64,000 bases of DNA from Octopus sinensis (GCF_006345805.1 NC_043025.1:15314001-15378000), one strand, 5' to 3'; positions 27,451 to 41,037 are shown, numbered from the stretch's first letter. Numbers and translations: made by a program. Notes: a model not told the origin generated them from the letters alone.

Positions 27451-27689
27451 TCATGTGATAATGCGGTAACTGTGAGTGTGGTCCTCTGTGATGGCTTTCT
27501 GAGCAATGGCTACGTGTCCAACGAGGTAAATGTTGTCATAGAGGTGGCCGGCGAGGTCGTCCTGGATCTCGTGGGCCGCCCGCCGCGTGTTCCGAATGAA
27601 CTCACGCTTCGACATCTTGTTCTTGACGTGAGGGCTGCAGAGGTCGACGGAGAGCATGATGAGGGAGAAACAGAGAATGAAGACAGTGT
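27451..27689 (-). CDS. FBXO8: FBXO8 last coding exon (Sec7-like C-part, stop)
   Basis: cttttgcag|AC ACT GTC; DTVFILCFSLIMLSVDLCSPHVKNKMSKREFIRNTRRAA...HSYRIIT*; TGA at 27453-27451. The total CDS of 891 nt is divisible by 3 and has no internal stop. Confidence 0.96.
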
Positions 27690-29109
27690 CTGCAAAAGAG
27701 AAGAACAACAGACTAGAATGGAAACAATGGGTCAAAATTTGGAAACACGAGGCTTCCCCTGTGCCTCTTCTCCACCACTGGCCAACGGAAACCTTGCACG
27801 TTTGGGTGGGTAAACAAGAAGTTTGCTCCCCAACCACACCCTGCTGGTTCACTTAGTGGCACCTTGGGTAAGTGCCCTCTATTATTGCTTTGGGAGATGG
27901 AAACTAAAAGAAGCTTGTCATATGTAGCTGTGTGTGTGGCAAGATGTTGGCTCCCGAACCACATGGTTCTGAGTTCAATCCTGATGCATTGCATCTTATC
28001 GCCCTGAGTCAACCAGAGTCTTGTGAGTGGATTTGATGGAGAGAAACTGAAGATGCTTCCAGCATCATATCCTGATAACCCAGCAAAGGGTTTAACCAAA
28101 ACGAACACACACGTGTGTGTGTGTGTGTGTGTGTGTGAAGGTGCGTGGCTTGGTAGTTAGGTGTGTGGCAACCACAGTTGTGAGATCATGATTTCAATTC
28201 CTAGATTGGCTGGGCATTGTATTTCTTGAGCAAATCACTTCATTTGAAATCGCCCCAGTCCTTTGCAAATGAAATTCATAGATTTATAACATCTTAATCT
28301 AAATATAATCAACTCACCTTAAAAGAGAATGGTAATTACCTCCCCTGCTGCTAATTATAAGAATCACTAATGACCTCCTCATTCATTTACAAAATACCCT
28401 TCGTCCTATTAACATGGAATGAAAACTGATAACATGCTGTTGTAAGATTATCACTAATATCGATGTCATAGTTAGCACAAGTGAAACTGGTTGACAATGT
28501 AAATATTATATTTTATAAAAATATACAGTGGGTGGGGTGTTGCAGAAGTAGGTATACAGTTATTTTTATCAAAAAAATTTTAGAAGTTACAATGAAAGTG
28601 TTGTCATAGTTATGATAAATATATTATTATGATTAATGATATTGAAAATACCAATAGTGAGGCTAATTAATTTAATGTGCTAATAATTTTAAGGAATTAA
28701 ATAGGTGTACCTGTATATTCTGTGCATTGAAGACTTTGATAGAACATGCCATAGATTTTTATTACTGTTTAACACCCACTTTTTCTCAGTCGGAGAGAAT
28801 TTACTGAGGCAGATTTTCTACAACCGAAACGCTTTCCCTGTCACTAACCCTCACCTGTTTCCAAGCAAGGTAACTTTTCGGCAAGGCATGACTGGAAACA
28901 AAACGACCTTGCTCAAGTGACAGTGATGCTTATGCACAACTGTCCCATGATATCGAGATAAGGGTACACACAAACATACGAAATCTGATTAAAGGGTATC
29001 AGAAAAAAGTCAACAGAGCTGAAGGATACAGAAAGAAGCTGCTCAGCACAGGTTGACCTTGGACATTGTTGCACACACACACATTCTCACTCACTTCCGT
29101 TGTTTATAG

Positions 29110-29685
29110 CAATGCTTGGAAGGAAAGTGTGTAGAGTGTGGTCACTTCAAAAGGAAGATCAGGTCTCAGCTGTGTAGGATCCCTTGTGTTGAGGAAAAGG
29201 GAAACTTTTGAAAACAGTTGTGATGGGTTTATGGCTAGAATCCTTAAACCAAAGGCAGTTTGGGTCTCAGTTGTGTAGGATCTCTTTGATTGTATCAAGG
29301 AAGATGCAAACATTTTGAAAACGGTTGACAGATCATGAATCGTGGGTCTGGGGGTATGACCCCAAGACCAAGGCAAGAATCAAATATAATTTGAAAGATT
29401 GGGTCTCAGCTGTGTTGGATCCCTTGTGTTGAGGAAAAGGGAAACTTTTTGAAAACGGTTGACAGATCATGAATCGTGGGTCTGGGGGTATGACCCCAAG
29501 ACCAAGGCAAAAATCAAATGAAATTTGAAAGACATTGAGGAAATCCAAGTGAATGTGACGAGGCAGCTGCTTGCTCTCCCAGAAAAGGAGTCCCAGGAAT
29601 GCTTCCATCAATAGAAACGATGCGGGATAAAGTGTGGGACTTCAGAAGGGGTCTACTTTGAAGGAGATCAAATGCCAGAGTGACA
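29110..29685 (+). mobile_element. Mariner transposase relic with ~125-bp internal tandem repeats
   Basis: D.ESWVWGYDPKTK-like segments repeated; C-terminus FEDIEEIQVNVTRQL...GVYFEGD. Confidence 0.7.
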
Positions 29686-30449
29686 GGAGTTGTTTTCTTT
29701 TTATAGCCCCAGTCCTGATACATTTTGATCAGAGCTTGTCTATGATTATGTGGTTGAGAAGTAAACCTCTGAAGCACCCAGCCATCTCTCTATTCTCCCT
29801 CCATTGGTGAGAAAGAATGAAAGATGGTAAGAAAAGGAGAGCAGAAACAGGGCCACCATATTCTATTCATTGGGAGATGAAAAGATCTTTAAACCATTTC
29901 AGAGATTTACTATTTCAGTTTTTTTTTTTTTAAGGAATAAATGGCACAAACAGACACACACACGCTTTTGCTCGTTTCTGTCTTTTGACTGTGGCCAGGC
30001 TGGAGCACTGCCATGAAGGGTTTTGTTGAGCAAATCAACCCTAGTAATTATGTAAGTTTTTAAGTTTGGTACCTAGTCTCTCATTCTGCTAGGTTACCGA
30101 GGACACAAACAAACCAACACCAGGTGTCAAGTGGAGAGGGGGGTTGATAAACACACACACACACACACAAAGTGCATTCTCAAAGTCTGGAGAGCAACAT
30201 TTATTAATTTCAAAGAAATCCAAAATTCTAATCTCCTTCCAAATAGGATCCTCTGACTTCAGTGCACTTGTAGTGTGCCAGCCACTTTGTGAAGGCCCCA
30301 AGGAAGCCCTGCAAAAGTGAAGGCGTCCATGACCCTTGTCACAGCCTCTGTCATCTGTTCCTTTGGCTTGGCAAGCAACCAAAAATCACAAGGAGCAAAG
30401 TCCATACTGTGGGGTGGGTTAGAGGTAGACAATGGAGCTAAATATATAT

Positions 30450-30760
30450 GTATATCACCGTGATCACCGTGATCGACCAGGTTATCAGATGTTACACATC
30501 GCTGGTCACAATGCGCTTCGCATTGTTTTAGCCTTCAAATGACGCCACCCCGCTGGCTAAGAAAGAGCGACAGAAGAAAGAGTGACAGAAAGTTGTGGCA
30601 AAAGAGTACAGCAGGGATCACCACCACCCCTTGCCAGAGCCTCGTGGAGCTTTAGGTGTTTTCGCTCAATAAACACTCACAACGCCCAGTCTGGGAATCG
30701 AAACCGCAATCCTACAACCGCAAGTCCGCTGCCCTAACCACTGGGCCATTGCGCCTCTAC
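30450..30760 (-). mobile_element. tRNA-derived SINE (family 4)
   Basis: Head gaggcgcaatggcccagtggttagggcagcggac...ggtttcgattccc. Related heads at 57045-57330(+), 51480-51730(-), 15100-15240(-), 57600-57880(+), 24020-24300(+). Confidence 0.75.
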
Positions 30761-31048
30761 ATACATATATGTATGTATATATATATATTTGGCACTCTAC
30801 ATATATATGAGGGTGTCCTTGTATTTGTTCCCCTACCACCTTGTATTGGTTTGTTTACATCCCAAAAGAGACCAATAAAATAAGTACTAAATATTGGGAT
30901 TTTTTTCAGCAGAAGCACTTCAAAGCAATGCCCCAGCATGGCCGCAGCTCAAAGATTGAAACAAATAAAAGATAGAAAAAAGAAATACAGACGTTCTCAA
31001 ATCCACCGACCACCCCCATAGAGAGTCAGATAAAATCTAAGTGGGTAC

Positions 31049-31233
31049 CTTTAGACAATCCTAGGTTTGGGTTACAGCGGCAATACTGGTCAGAGAACAT
31101 CTCTATCATGTCGGTCAGGTAACTTCCACGTTCACCTGGAGCAGAAACTTCACTGAAAAACTGTCGAAGCGCTGTCGGCAAAAATAGGCTGTGTAAGTTC
31201 TGTAGCCGAATTAAATAATGAAGAACATCACGC
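31049..31233 (-). CDS. FBXO8: FBXO8 coding exon 4 (Sec7-like core)
   Basis: ctttcag|G CGT...AAA G|gtaccc; 185 nt; RDVLHYLIRLQNLHSLFLPTALRQFFSEVSAPGERGSYLTDMIEMFSDQYCRCNPNLGLSK. Confidence 0.94.
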
Positions 31234-31404
31234 CTGAAAGTGATTTAATGGCAAGAAAGAAAGTAGAAAATCAATTATCAATTCGTAATTAAGCACTATT
31301 AAATACAAATTTGCTAATTATCTGACAAAAGATTCACCAACTTCAACAGTGTCAACAATCACTCGGTCTATCCTCTCATCAGAGCATGCTGAGATGATGA
31401 GTAG

Positions 31405-31890
31405 AGTCATCATCATCATTGTTCGACCGTGGTCGAGACAATGGAATTTACCATTCTACGCCAGACTTCACGGTCCATCATGGCATTACGGAGGTCCTGT
31501 TGCTGGATGCCTGTATCCCTGGAGATTACATCAAGGTAGGAGAGTGTGCGCCCTCTGGTATCGCGAGTAGATGGCTTCCAGAGGAGAAGAGTAGAAATTA
31601 CCTCTTTTTCAGCTCTACAACAATGTCCAGCAAACTGGACTCTCCTACCTTTCACAAGAGATGACACAGGTTGTAGTTTCCCATATATTTGCATTTTGGT
31701 TGGATGACGCTTCCACGAGAGGTTTTGAGCTCTCATAAGGAGACGAGTGAAGGTTCCATCCAACCACCTCTCAAGCTTCTTTGATAACGTCCAGGTTTCT
31801 GAGCCATATAGTAGAATTGGTTCGACTGTGGCTTTGAAGATTTCAAGTGTGAAGTCTCTCATAGATTTGATGACTAGATCTTATGCATGT
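31405..31890 (-). mobile_element. RTE-like LINE 3' end with (TGA)n tail
   Basis: IFKATVEPILLYGSETWTL...RRVQFAGHC..DREVWR..VEQ* followed by tgatgatga. Confidence 0.9.
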
Positions 31891-32230
31891 CATTACAGGC
31901 TGACCAGGCCATACCCTTTCTAGTTAGAAAGTCTTTTCCAGATGATGATCTGTATGACCCAAAATATTTGTAATCAGAAACCATATTTAAGGGCACATTT
32001 AAGGGAGTAGAGTAGGGAGCTGAAGGTAGGACTTCATGGTTCAGACATCAGGCTTCTGAAGGGGGCTCCACATATCTGAAGCATGAGAGAGAGAGAGAGA
32101 GTTAGGATCCCCACCATCCTCTCTGATACAGTCACCACTAACAGTCTACTACCACCAGAACACTTATGGTAAACATCCCTACATCACCGTCAGGAGATTG
32201 AAGCCAGAAGAGGAGGAAGCTGCAGTGAAC

Positions 32231-32939
32231 AGGGTTGGGTGAAAAGGTCATAGAATGATGATGGAGGAATGATGCTGAAGCTGTGAACTCTTGCATGCAT
32301 TTATTTCAACCCTCTTCTTATTAATAACTGTTTCTTCCAAGGTAAACTAACATCCTACTGTTCAAAGAAGACTTCAAAAGTAACTGGCATATTGACGATG
32401 CTCCAGCTTTATCAACAGTGCAAAAGGGGACAGCTGAAAGTTGGAGGGGAAGGGAGAGTCTTGAAAATGACCCCATGTCTGGACATCCTGCGACTACCAC
32501 CACTGAGGAAGACATTGATCATGAGGGGTGACAGGCAATTGACTCTAAATCAAGGAGCCAATGTAATTAGCATATTCTGTGACCCGATGAAATGCACCGG
32601 CCTGATCACATCACAAGAAAATTTGACATTGTCTGAGGCAGGTACAGCTGCTTTCCTTGACCGTTTCCTAGCCCAGGACGAGTGTTGGCTTCATCACTTT
32701 GAGCCAGAGACAGAGACAACCCATGCAGTGAAAACACCCCTCCTCACCTGCAGGTAAGGTGAAGGCCACAGCTTTTGGGGATGCAAATGCCCCCTTCAGC
32801 AATAGGATCAAAGCACTGCAACACCAATGGAAGAAGTGTGTGGACTGCAAAGGGGACTATGTTGGGAAATAAACCTCATTGGGTCCCATTCTATGAAAGT
32901 ATCTTGGTCAGCATATGAACTTTTCAGCCAACCCTCATA
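32231..32939 (+). mobile_element. Internally deleted mariner element
   Basis: TIR-like ends gggttgggtgaaaaggtcata / tatgaacttttcagccaaccctc; fragments GRESLENDPMSGHPAT and DECWLHHFEPET. Confidence 0.7.
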
Positions 32940-32954
32940 TAATAATAAAATAAT

Positions 32955-33254
32955 AATAATGAAATTATTGTATACAGTGCTCAGGTGCACCACAACTTGT
33001 CAGAAAGTACATATAAAGCATATGCAGTAATGTAGAAATGTCTGGAAAGCGAACAATGTATCAGTCAGATACATGCTTGTGTGTGTATGGAGGGGAGAAA
33101 ATCAGGTGTAGTGTTGGCGAATCTCAGAAAGCATGGAAGTTTTGAAGGATGCAGTGCTCCGACAACTAACAACTGATGCCGGCAGTTTGTTCCATGCTTC
33201 AGCAACTTTCAGCGTGAAGAAATGTTTCCTAAAGTCATGGGAGCTGTGCTGTTT
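32955..33254 (-). mobile_element. CR1-type LINE 3' end
   Basis: RKHFFTLKVAEAWNKLPASVVSCRSTASFK motif plus 3'UTR and (ATT) tail. Confidence 0.85.
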
Positions 33255-34192
33255 TCTAATATGTCCACGGGTGTTAGACGGGTGGAGTTTGAAAAGGTGC
33301 TCAGAGTTATTGTTTGTAAGATGGTTGTGTTATATCAACAGCCATCCACATCAAAGAAAGGCAGCAAAGGCCCCTCAATTGCTGCACATGTTCCAGTGAC
33401 GCCATCTACATTCAATCCTGGGCATCTCTTGCCAGGGCAGAATGAGAAACAAAGAGGTACCAAGGGAAGTTTGCAGGACGTGGTCACTAAGCAACGGATA
33501 TGGTTTACTGGCCATATGCTTCAATTACCCAGAGCAGGACATACTACCATCGTGATGGATTGGATGCCAGTAGGAGGAAAGAGATCAAGGGCAAGACGTG
33601 GCGTGGTATATTAGGGGACAACATGATAGCAACAGGAGTTGGCCCGAGTTGAGCTACACAAAAAAAAAAGGCAAGTGATTGGGATGTGTAGAGAAAGTTT
33701 GTTGCCCCTTTTTGCCAATGGCATGGGAAGAAATGAATATTTGGAGAGAATAATATTGCTTATGTTTTCATATATATATGTGTATATCATCATCATCATC
33801 ATCATCATCGTTTAACGTCTGCTTTCCATGCTGGCATGGGTTGGATGGTTCAACTGGGGTCTGGGAAGCCAGAAGGCTGCACCAGGCCCAGTCTGATCTG
33901 GCAATGTTTCTACGGCTGGATGCCCTTCCTAACGCCAACCACTCCATGAGTGTAGTGGGTGCTTTTTATGTGCCACCGACACCGGTGCCAGATGAGGCTG
34001 GCGAACGGCCACACTCAGATGGTGCTTTTTACATGCCACTGGCACGGAGGCCAGGCGAGGCTGGCACGGCCACAATCGGATGGTGCTTTTTACGTGCCAC
34101 CAGCACAGAGGCCAGTCGATGCGGTGCTGGCTACGGCCACGTTCAGATGGTTCTCTTATGTGCCACCGGCACTGGTACCACAACTACAAATT

Positions 34193-34227
<35 letters not shown>

Positions 34228-34533
34228 CAAACACGCACACACACATGTACATACAGGTACACCATTGATCTTGAGGAACCTTTGATACCACAGCCATTCC
34301 AGATTACTACTGAAATCTGTGAACCAATGGTGGTCACACTCTAAATTCAATAAAATTAAGAGAACACCAACACCAGCACCACCACATTAGTATTACTACT
34401 ATCACCACACAACCAAGACCACTACTACTCCTACACCATCTCCACTGCCACCACAACTACCACTACACAAACACTATCATCATCATCACCACCATCACCA
34501 CCACCACCACCACCACAATATCTGGTTATTTAC

Positions 34534-34652
34534 CGTTTGTAAAGGAATTCCCTCCTCATGTCTGGGTTGAGCCGTTTTGTTGAGTGAAGGAAGTTAGCGA
34601 TGGCCACAGGATTGTCATCAACCAGACTCTGTCGGAATAAATAGTCCATTCC
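34534..34652 (-). CDS. FBXO8: FBXO8 coding exon 3 (Sec7-like N-part)
   Basis: ctccaccag|GGA ATG...AAA CG|gtaaat; 119 nt; GMDYLFRQSLVDDNPVAIANFLHSTKRLNPDMRREFLYK; phases match the neighbouring exons. Confidence 0.92.
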
Positions 34653-35297
34653 CTGGTGGAGAAAAAAAAAAATATATATATATGAGGGAGAGAATATATA
34701 GACAATATATAAAATATATACTTAGCGGTTCGGCAAAAGAGACCGATAGAATAAGTACTAGGCTTACAAAAGAATAAGTCCCGGGTTCGAGTTGCTCGAT
34801 TAAAGGCGGTGCTCCAGCATGGCCGCAGTCAAATGACTGAAATAAGTAAAAGAGTAAAAGAGTATAGAAAATATATAGAGGAGATGCAGAGCATTGGTCC
34901 ACAACCAGGGCCCATGGTGGGATTTTGTTGTTAAATTTATCCATAATAAATCAGTTCTGCTTCTATCATCTTCATTTAATGTCTGCTGTCCATGCTGGAC
35001 ACTCCGAGAGCGTAATGGGTGCTTTATACGTGCCACTGGCACAGGTGCCATTTGCATGACACCAGTATCTGCCACAACTACAAACTTACTTGGCTTGATG
35101 GGTCTTCTCTTCACGCCTGGCATAAAGCCAAAGGTGTCGGTCATTCGTCATTGCCTCTGTAAGGTCCAATGCTTGACCAATACACAAAATAAGGAAAATA
35201 GAAAAGTATTTTGAAACATTGAATGCTCGACCCAAGTAAAATAGAAATCAAAAGGGGTCCATGGGGAAAAAATGGTTCTGAAGCACTGATATACAGG

Positions 35298-35348
<51 letters not shown>

Positions 35349-35689
35349 CAATAATAACAAAGGGTAAAATTAATTAATCAATAATTTCACCAAGTAGAAT
35401 CCAGCATGAAAAAGGACTATTTCTTGGTGAACTTAAGTAATATTTTATAATTAGGGTTCAGCAAAGATTTGCTTTATCACATACCGAAGTTTAGAAATAG
35501 CAGCCAGAGAACCTTTTCGTTATTCTTCATCTCTGCCTACATGGATTGTTTTCGTGTACTTTGTTTTTGTCCGGGAATCTCTTTTTAAAGTAAAGGAAAT
35601 AGCTAAGGTTCTCTGGCTGCTATTTCTAAACTTCGGTATGTGGTAAAGCAAATCTTTGCTGAACCCTAATTATAAAGTATATATATATA

Positions 35690-38643
35690 TCTATATATAA
35701 AACTGAAATGCGTTTTTACCGCTTGGATCGCTTTCAATGCCACTACGTCCCGTCCGATTCGCTCCAAAATTTACAGGGACATGTAGAATGAGGTGACGAT
35801 GCGCGTGGGCTACCTTAGAAATCCCTATCTTAAAAGGTGTGGTTGCTAGGGGCCATCTTCCTCACTCACCCTATTTCCTTCTTTCCCTCTCTTACTCCTC
35901 TTCATAACGTTCAGAAGTCCACTACGGTTATTTAAAGTATCTGTCACTATCGCTATTTCCTTTCTTTTTCACTGACTCTGTTTCCTACGTTCCTATCAAT
36001 TCGGCGGCGTTCTTTGAAGTATATGTCTGTCACCAACAATCAACACACGATCATGAGAACAAATATTATGAATCAGATATTCTTGCGTTCATTTATATGT
36101 GTGTGTGTGTGTGTGTTCTATATATAAATATGTATATATAATGTATATATACAAAGTGAATATATCTGTATTTATGTATATTAAACTTTTTCATACTTTT
36201 TCATAATTATATATATTTTTAAACAAATTATAAATATAATTTAATAATTTTTATTTTCAATTTAAATAATTTAAAGTTTTCAATTTTATATTTTACTAGC
36301 AGTATCGCCCGGCGTTGCTCGGGTTTGTAAGGGAAATAACTATATAAGCATTTTTAGTGAGTTATAGCAAAAAAATAGCAAAAAATGCATTAAAAATGGA
36401 ATAAAAAATTATAGTAAATTTTTTTTTAAATCGTTGACTCATCGTAGACATTTTTAGAGAGTTACTTCCCTTATATAATAGCGAAAAATGCATTAAAATG
36501 GAATAAAAAATGATGGTAATTTTTTTTTAAATCGTTGACTCATCGTAGACATTTTTAGAGAGTTACTTCCCTTATATAATAGCGAAAAATGCATTAAAAT
36601 GGAATAAAAAATGATGGTAATTTTTTTTTTAAATCATAGACTCATCGTAAACGCGCGCTAATACATAGAAGGGCTCGATATGAATCAGACTATAAGATAC
36701 CCGGTTTTGGTTACACTGCAACGCAAAATGTGGGAGTAGTTAGGAATCTAAATCGTAGGAGACAGACACACAACCTTACTTTTATATATAAAGATTTGTG
36801 CAACAACTAAAACATTCGGTTGTGCAAATTGTTTGCACAGGAAACCTGCCCTGTGTGGCGGTTTTTGCCGTTTTTGTGGATCTGTTTCAGCTTTTTTAGC
36901 GATTTCTGTTTTGGCCCCTTCAAGCCATCAAGTCGTTGTTCTAAAAGAACGCTGGTCTCCTTCACAACGCATTACGACGTTGATTTCCTTACACTCCCTT
37001 CCCCACAGCTTCACGAGGGAAGGAAGAAAGGGGAGAAGCAACACAGGTGCAGGTGTGAGCATGGACGCCAACTCCGCCGCCATCGACACACGATGCATTT
37101 TATGCATTAAAATGGAATAAAAAATGATGTTAAATTACTTTTAAAATCGTAGACTCATCGTAGACGCGTGCTAATACCCAGACGGGCTCGATATGAATCA
37201 CGACTATAAGATACCCGAATTTGGTTAAACTGCATTGCAAAATGTGGGAGTAGTTAGGAATCTAAATCGAAGGGGACACACATTCACACAACTACAGTTT
37301 TATATATATAGATATATTTTCTATGTTATATTTTCTTTTTTTATGTTTTTGTTTTTGGTTTTTCACTGTTTGATTTGCCTATTAGTGGTTTTATCTCTAA
37401 TTTAATTTATACAGATATATATCTCATTTGTATACATTTGTATATATAATGCGTGCACACACACACACACATATATATATATACACATATATATATAATG
37501 TGTGCATTACGTAGTCGGTCGATTCAGCTCAAAATATGCACACCTATGTTAACGGTGCTGACAAGTTTGCATGACAACTATTTTGTTCCTCAAATGAAAG
37601 GCGTCACCTCCAGGACAAAATTCCTCATCTTATAAAATGTGGCCCCAGTAGACCCGAATGAAATCGGGTTATATTAACCAAAATGTGAAAAGGGGTCTAA
37701 ATGGGGCTGGAAGGGGATTAAAATTTCAAGGAGCGGGTGTTTAGGAATTCTCTGTTACATCAAGCTAAAAAATTTGTGCCAGCCTTTTAATCGTCAATGT
37801 GTTGCCGTCCATGATAAAGAAGTTTTGAATGCTTGCCATGGTGAGAATCGCTTCAAAACTTGGTGTTTACGAATTTTCTTTTACATCAAGTTCCAAATTT
37901 TACGCCAGCCGTTAAACTGTCACTACGTTGCTGTCTGTCGTTAACAAATGCCAGCCATGGTGACTCTACTATCCTCAGATTCTATCCCTTCAAACTTTGG
38001 TTTCCAATATTTTATTATTTTTATTCAGCTCGCAAGTTCGTCTGTCCCTTTTAAATGTTAGTGTTTTGCTGTCTGCCTTCAAGCAGACCTTTCCATTGCC
38101 ACTGCCTCATATTTCTGATTGATCTTTCTAAATATTTTATTTCTCAACTTACTCAAGATCTTCTGTTGGAGAGAGATAGATAAAGATAGAGAGTAAGAGA
38201 AAGCGAGGGAGAGTCCGAGAGAAAAGAAAAGTAAGAGAGTGGGAAAATGAGAGAGAAACAAATACGGAGAATCATCATCATTGTTTAACGTCCGTTTTCC
38301 GTGCTAGCACGGGTTGGGCAGTGTGACCGGGGTCTCGGAAGCCAGGAGGCTGCACCAGGCTCCAGTCTGATCTGGCAGTGTTTCTACAGGTGGATGACCT
38401 TCCTAACGCCAACCACTCTGTGAGTGTAGTGAGTGCTTCTTTCGTGCCGCCGGCACTGGTGCCAGGGGTTCTCGCAGTGGCAACGATCGGTTGGTGCTTT
38501 TTACATGCCACCGGCACAGAAGCAAGTCAAGGCGGTGCTGCAATCGGCCACGTTCGGATGGTGCTTTTTACGTGCTGAAAGGAAGCAACAGAAAGTAACA
38601 CCCACACTCTTACCCGCGCGTAGAGCGGGTCACCTTCAGCTAG
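35690..38643 (+). mobile_element. Non-autonomous Helitron, copy 1 (composite)
   Basis: A|TCTATATATAAAACTG 5' end; 3' hairpin ACCCGC-gcgtaga-GCGGGT followed 9 nt later by CTAG|T. Confidence 0.8.
36296..37312 (-). mobile_element. Second Helitron family nested in opposite orientation
   Basis: Minus-strand 3' end CCCGAGCAACGCCGGG hairpin...CTAG|T at 36296. Two TC(T/A)TATATATAAAA-type 5' ends at 36794 and 37312, and an internal ~100-bp duplication. Confidence 0.75.
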
Positions 38644-40564
38644 TATATATATATAAAACTGAAATGCGTTTTTACCGCTTGGATCGCTTTCAATGCCACT
38701 ACGTCCCGTCCGATTCGCTCCAAAATTTACAGGGACATGTAGAATGAGGTGACGATGCGCGTGGGCTACCTTAGAAATCCCTATCTTAAAAGGTGTGGTT
38801 GCTAGGGGCCATCATCCTCACTCACGCTATTTCCTCCTTTCCCTCTCTTACTCCCCTTCATGTAGTCCACTCCCGTTATTTAATGTAAGAACATTTTCAC
38901 TCACTCTATCTCTTAGCTTCCCATAATTTTTACTCATGTATCTCTATACAGAGAAATATTCCATCGCCATCGCCACCGCATTCTATTGTCTACCTGTCAA
39001 CGCGCCCATCGACCAAATACAAACAGAACACACCAACGAGCGTTTATATACATGTGTGTGTGTGTGTGTGTGTTTTATAATAATAATAATAATAATAATA
39101 ATAATTGTGTACAGTGCTCAGGTGCACTACAACTCATCTAAAGTGTATATATAATCAGGTGTAGTTTCGGCGGATTTCGGAAAGCATGAGGGCCTTAAAG
39201 GATGCAGTGTCATGGCAGTCAACAACTGACGCAGGCAGTTTATTCCATGCTTCAGCAACTCTGAGCATGAAAAAATGTTTCCGAAAGTCATGGGAGCTGT
39301 GTTGTTTTCTTACTTTGTAGGCATGTCCACGTGTGTTAGACACATGGAGATCAATATAACTATGTATATATAATGTATATATACAAAGTGTATATATCTG
39401 TATTTATGTATATTAAACTTTTTAATACTTTTCGATAGTTACGTAAAGGGAACTGGTTGCTTCTTTACACTTTTTGGGTGCAACTTGGGTGCGAGACAGA
39501 TAATTTTCTCTGTTAATTACGTGACCAACAGGGGTCTACCAGGGGGAAATTATGCCTAAACATGAGCGCAGAGCATGTGAACATCCGAAGTGCTTTGAGT
39601 CGGGAGAAGAATTGAGCTGACGCAGACGTGTTGCAAAACAAAAGAGTACACGTGCAGAACAGAGGTGCATGAGTGCAATAGGGCTTGCTAGGCTGAAATA
39701 CAGTGTACAGAATATCCCAGTGATTAATGCGGTAAGGCTGAGGCTGCCAGCCAGTGCTTGAGCTATTATATGCCTCAGTCGTACAGGAACAAAAGTGTGG
39801 CATGCTGGCGCGTTGTAAGGGACAAACAACTTTCTCTATGTATGCGTGACCGACCTAGGGTCTTACAGAGATGAGTTGTGTTTACAAGGGCACACTGAGC
39901 ATGGAAAACAAGCGAGAAAGGCATGTGTAGCGTATGAATGTGACAGAGATAGTGTTTTGCTGTCTGCCTTGAAGCAGACCTTTCCGTTGTTACTGCCTGA
40001 TATTTATGATTGATCTTTCTAAATATTTTATTTCTCAACTTACTCAAGATCTTTTGTTGGTTATAAATGGGAGAGAGATAGATAAAGATAGAGAGTAAGA
40101 GAAAGCAAGGGAGAGTCCGAGAGAAAAGAAAAGTAAGAGAGTGGGAAAGTGAGAGAGAAAGGAGAGAGAAACAAAGAGGGAGAATCATCATCATCATCGT
40201 TTAACGTCCGTTTTCTGTGCTAGCATGGGTTGGACAGTTTGACAGGGGTCTGGGAAGCCAGGAGGCTGCACCAGGCTCCAGTCTGATCTGGCAGTGTTTC
40301 TACGGGTGGATGCCCTTCCTAACGCCAACCACTCTGTGAGCGTATGGGGGTGGGGGTGCTTTTTCATGCCGCCGGCACAGGTGCCAAGGGGGCTGGCAGC
40401 GGCCACGATCAGTTGGTGCTTTTTACGTGCCACCAGCACAGAAGCCAGTCAAGGCGGCGCTGCATTCCGCCACGTTCAGATGGTGCTTTTTACGTGCTGA
40501 AAGGAAGCAACAGAAAGTAACAACCACACACTTACCCGCGCGTAGAGCGGGTCACCTTCAGCTA

Positions 40565-40565
<1 letters not shown>
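38644..40565 (+). mobile_element. Non-autonomous Helitron, copy 2 (head-to-tail with copy 1)
   Basis: Repeats the 5' ~200 bp, a middle AT segment and the 3' ~600 bp of copy 1, ending in the same hairpin + CTAG|T. Confidence 0.8.
39100..39345 (-). mobile_element. CR1-type LINE 3' end
   Basis: TRGHAYKVRKQHSSHDFRKHFFMLRVAEAWNKLPASVV. Confidence 0.88.
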
Positions 40566-40615
<50 letters not shown>

Positions 40616-41037
40616 ATATGTATAGGGAGAACATATATACAATACTTAGACAATATATAGAATATATACAGGATCATCATCATCGTCGTTTAGCGTCCGT
40701 TTTCCATGCTAGCATGTGTTGGACGGTTCTACTGGGGTCTGTGAAGCCAGAAGGCTTCATCAGGCCCAGTCAAATCTGGCAGTGTTTCTACGGCTGGATG
40801 CCCTTCCTAACGCCAAATATATATATATATATAGAATATCTATTATCTTTTACTTTTTTCAGTCATTAGACTGCGTCCATGCTGGAGCATTGCCTTGAGC
40901 AATTTTTAGTCGAATGAATTGACCCCAATACATTCTTTTTGCTTTTTTCAGGTCTGCTACTTTATCAGTTACTTTTGAGGAGGAGAAGAAGAGGGTGAAG
41001 AGGAAATACTGATCCAGAATGTTCCCCAGATACTTAC

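Noticed and set aside
27690-27852. 5' extension of the 133-aa ORF (MNQQGVVG...)
   Set aside because: It lies upstream of the splice acceptor at 27690-27691, so it is intronic read-through and not part of FBXO8.
30690-30760. tRNA-like cloverleaf heads (also 15170-15240, 57045-57115, 42200-42270)
   Set aside because: They continue into SINE bodies and lack intact acceptor and anticodon stems, so they are not tRNA genes.
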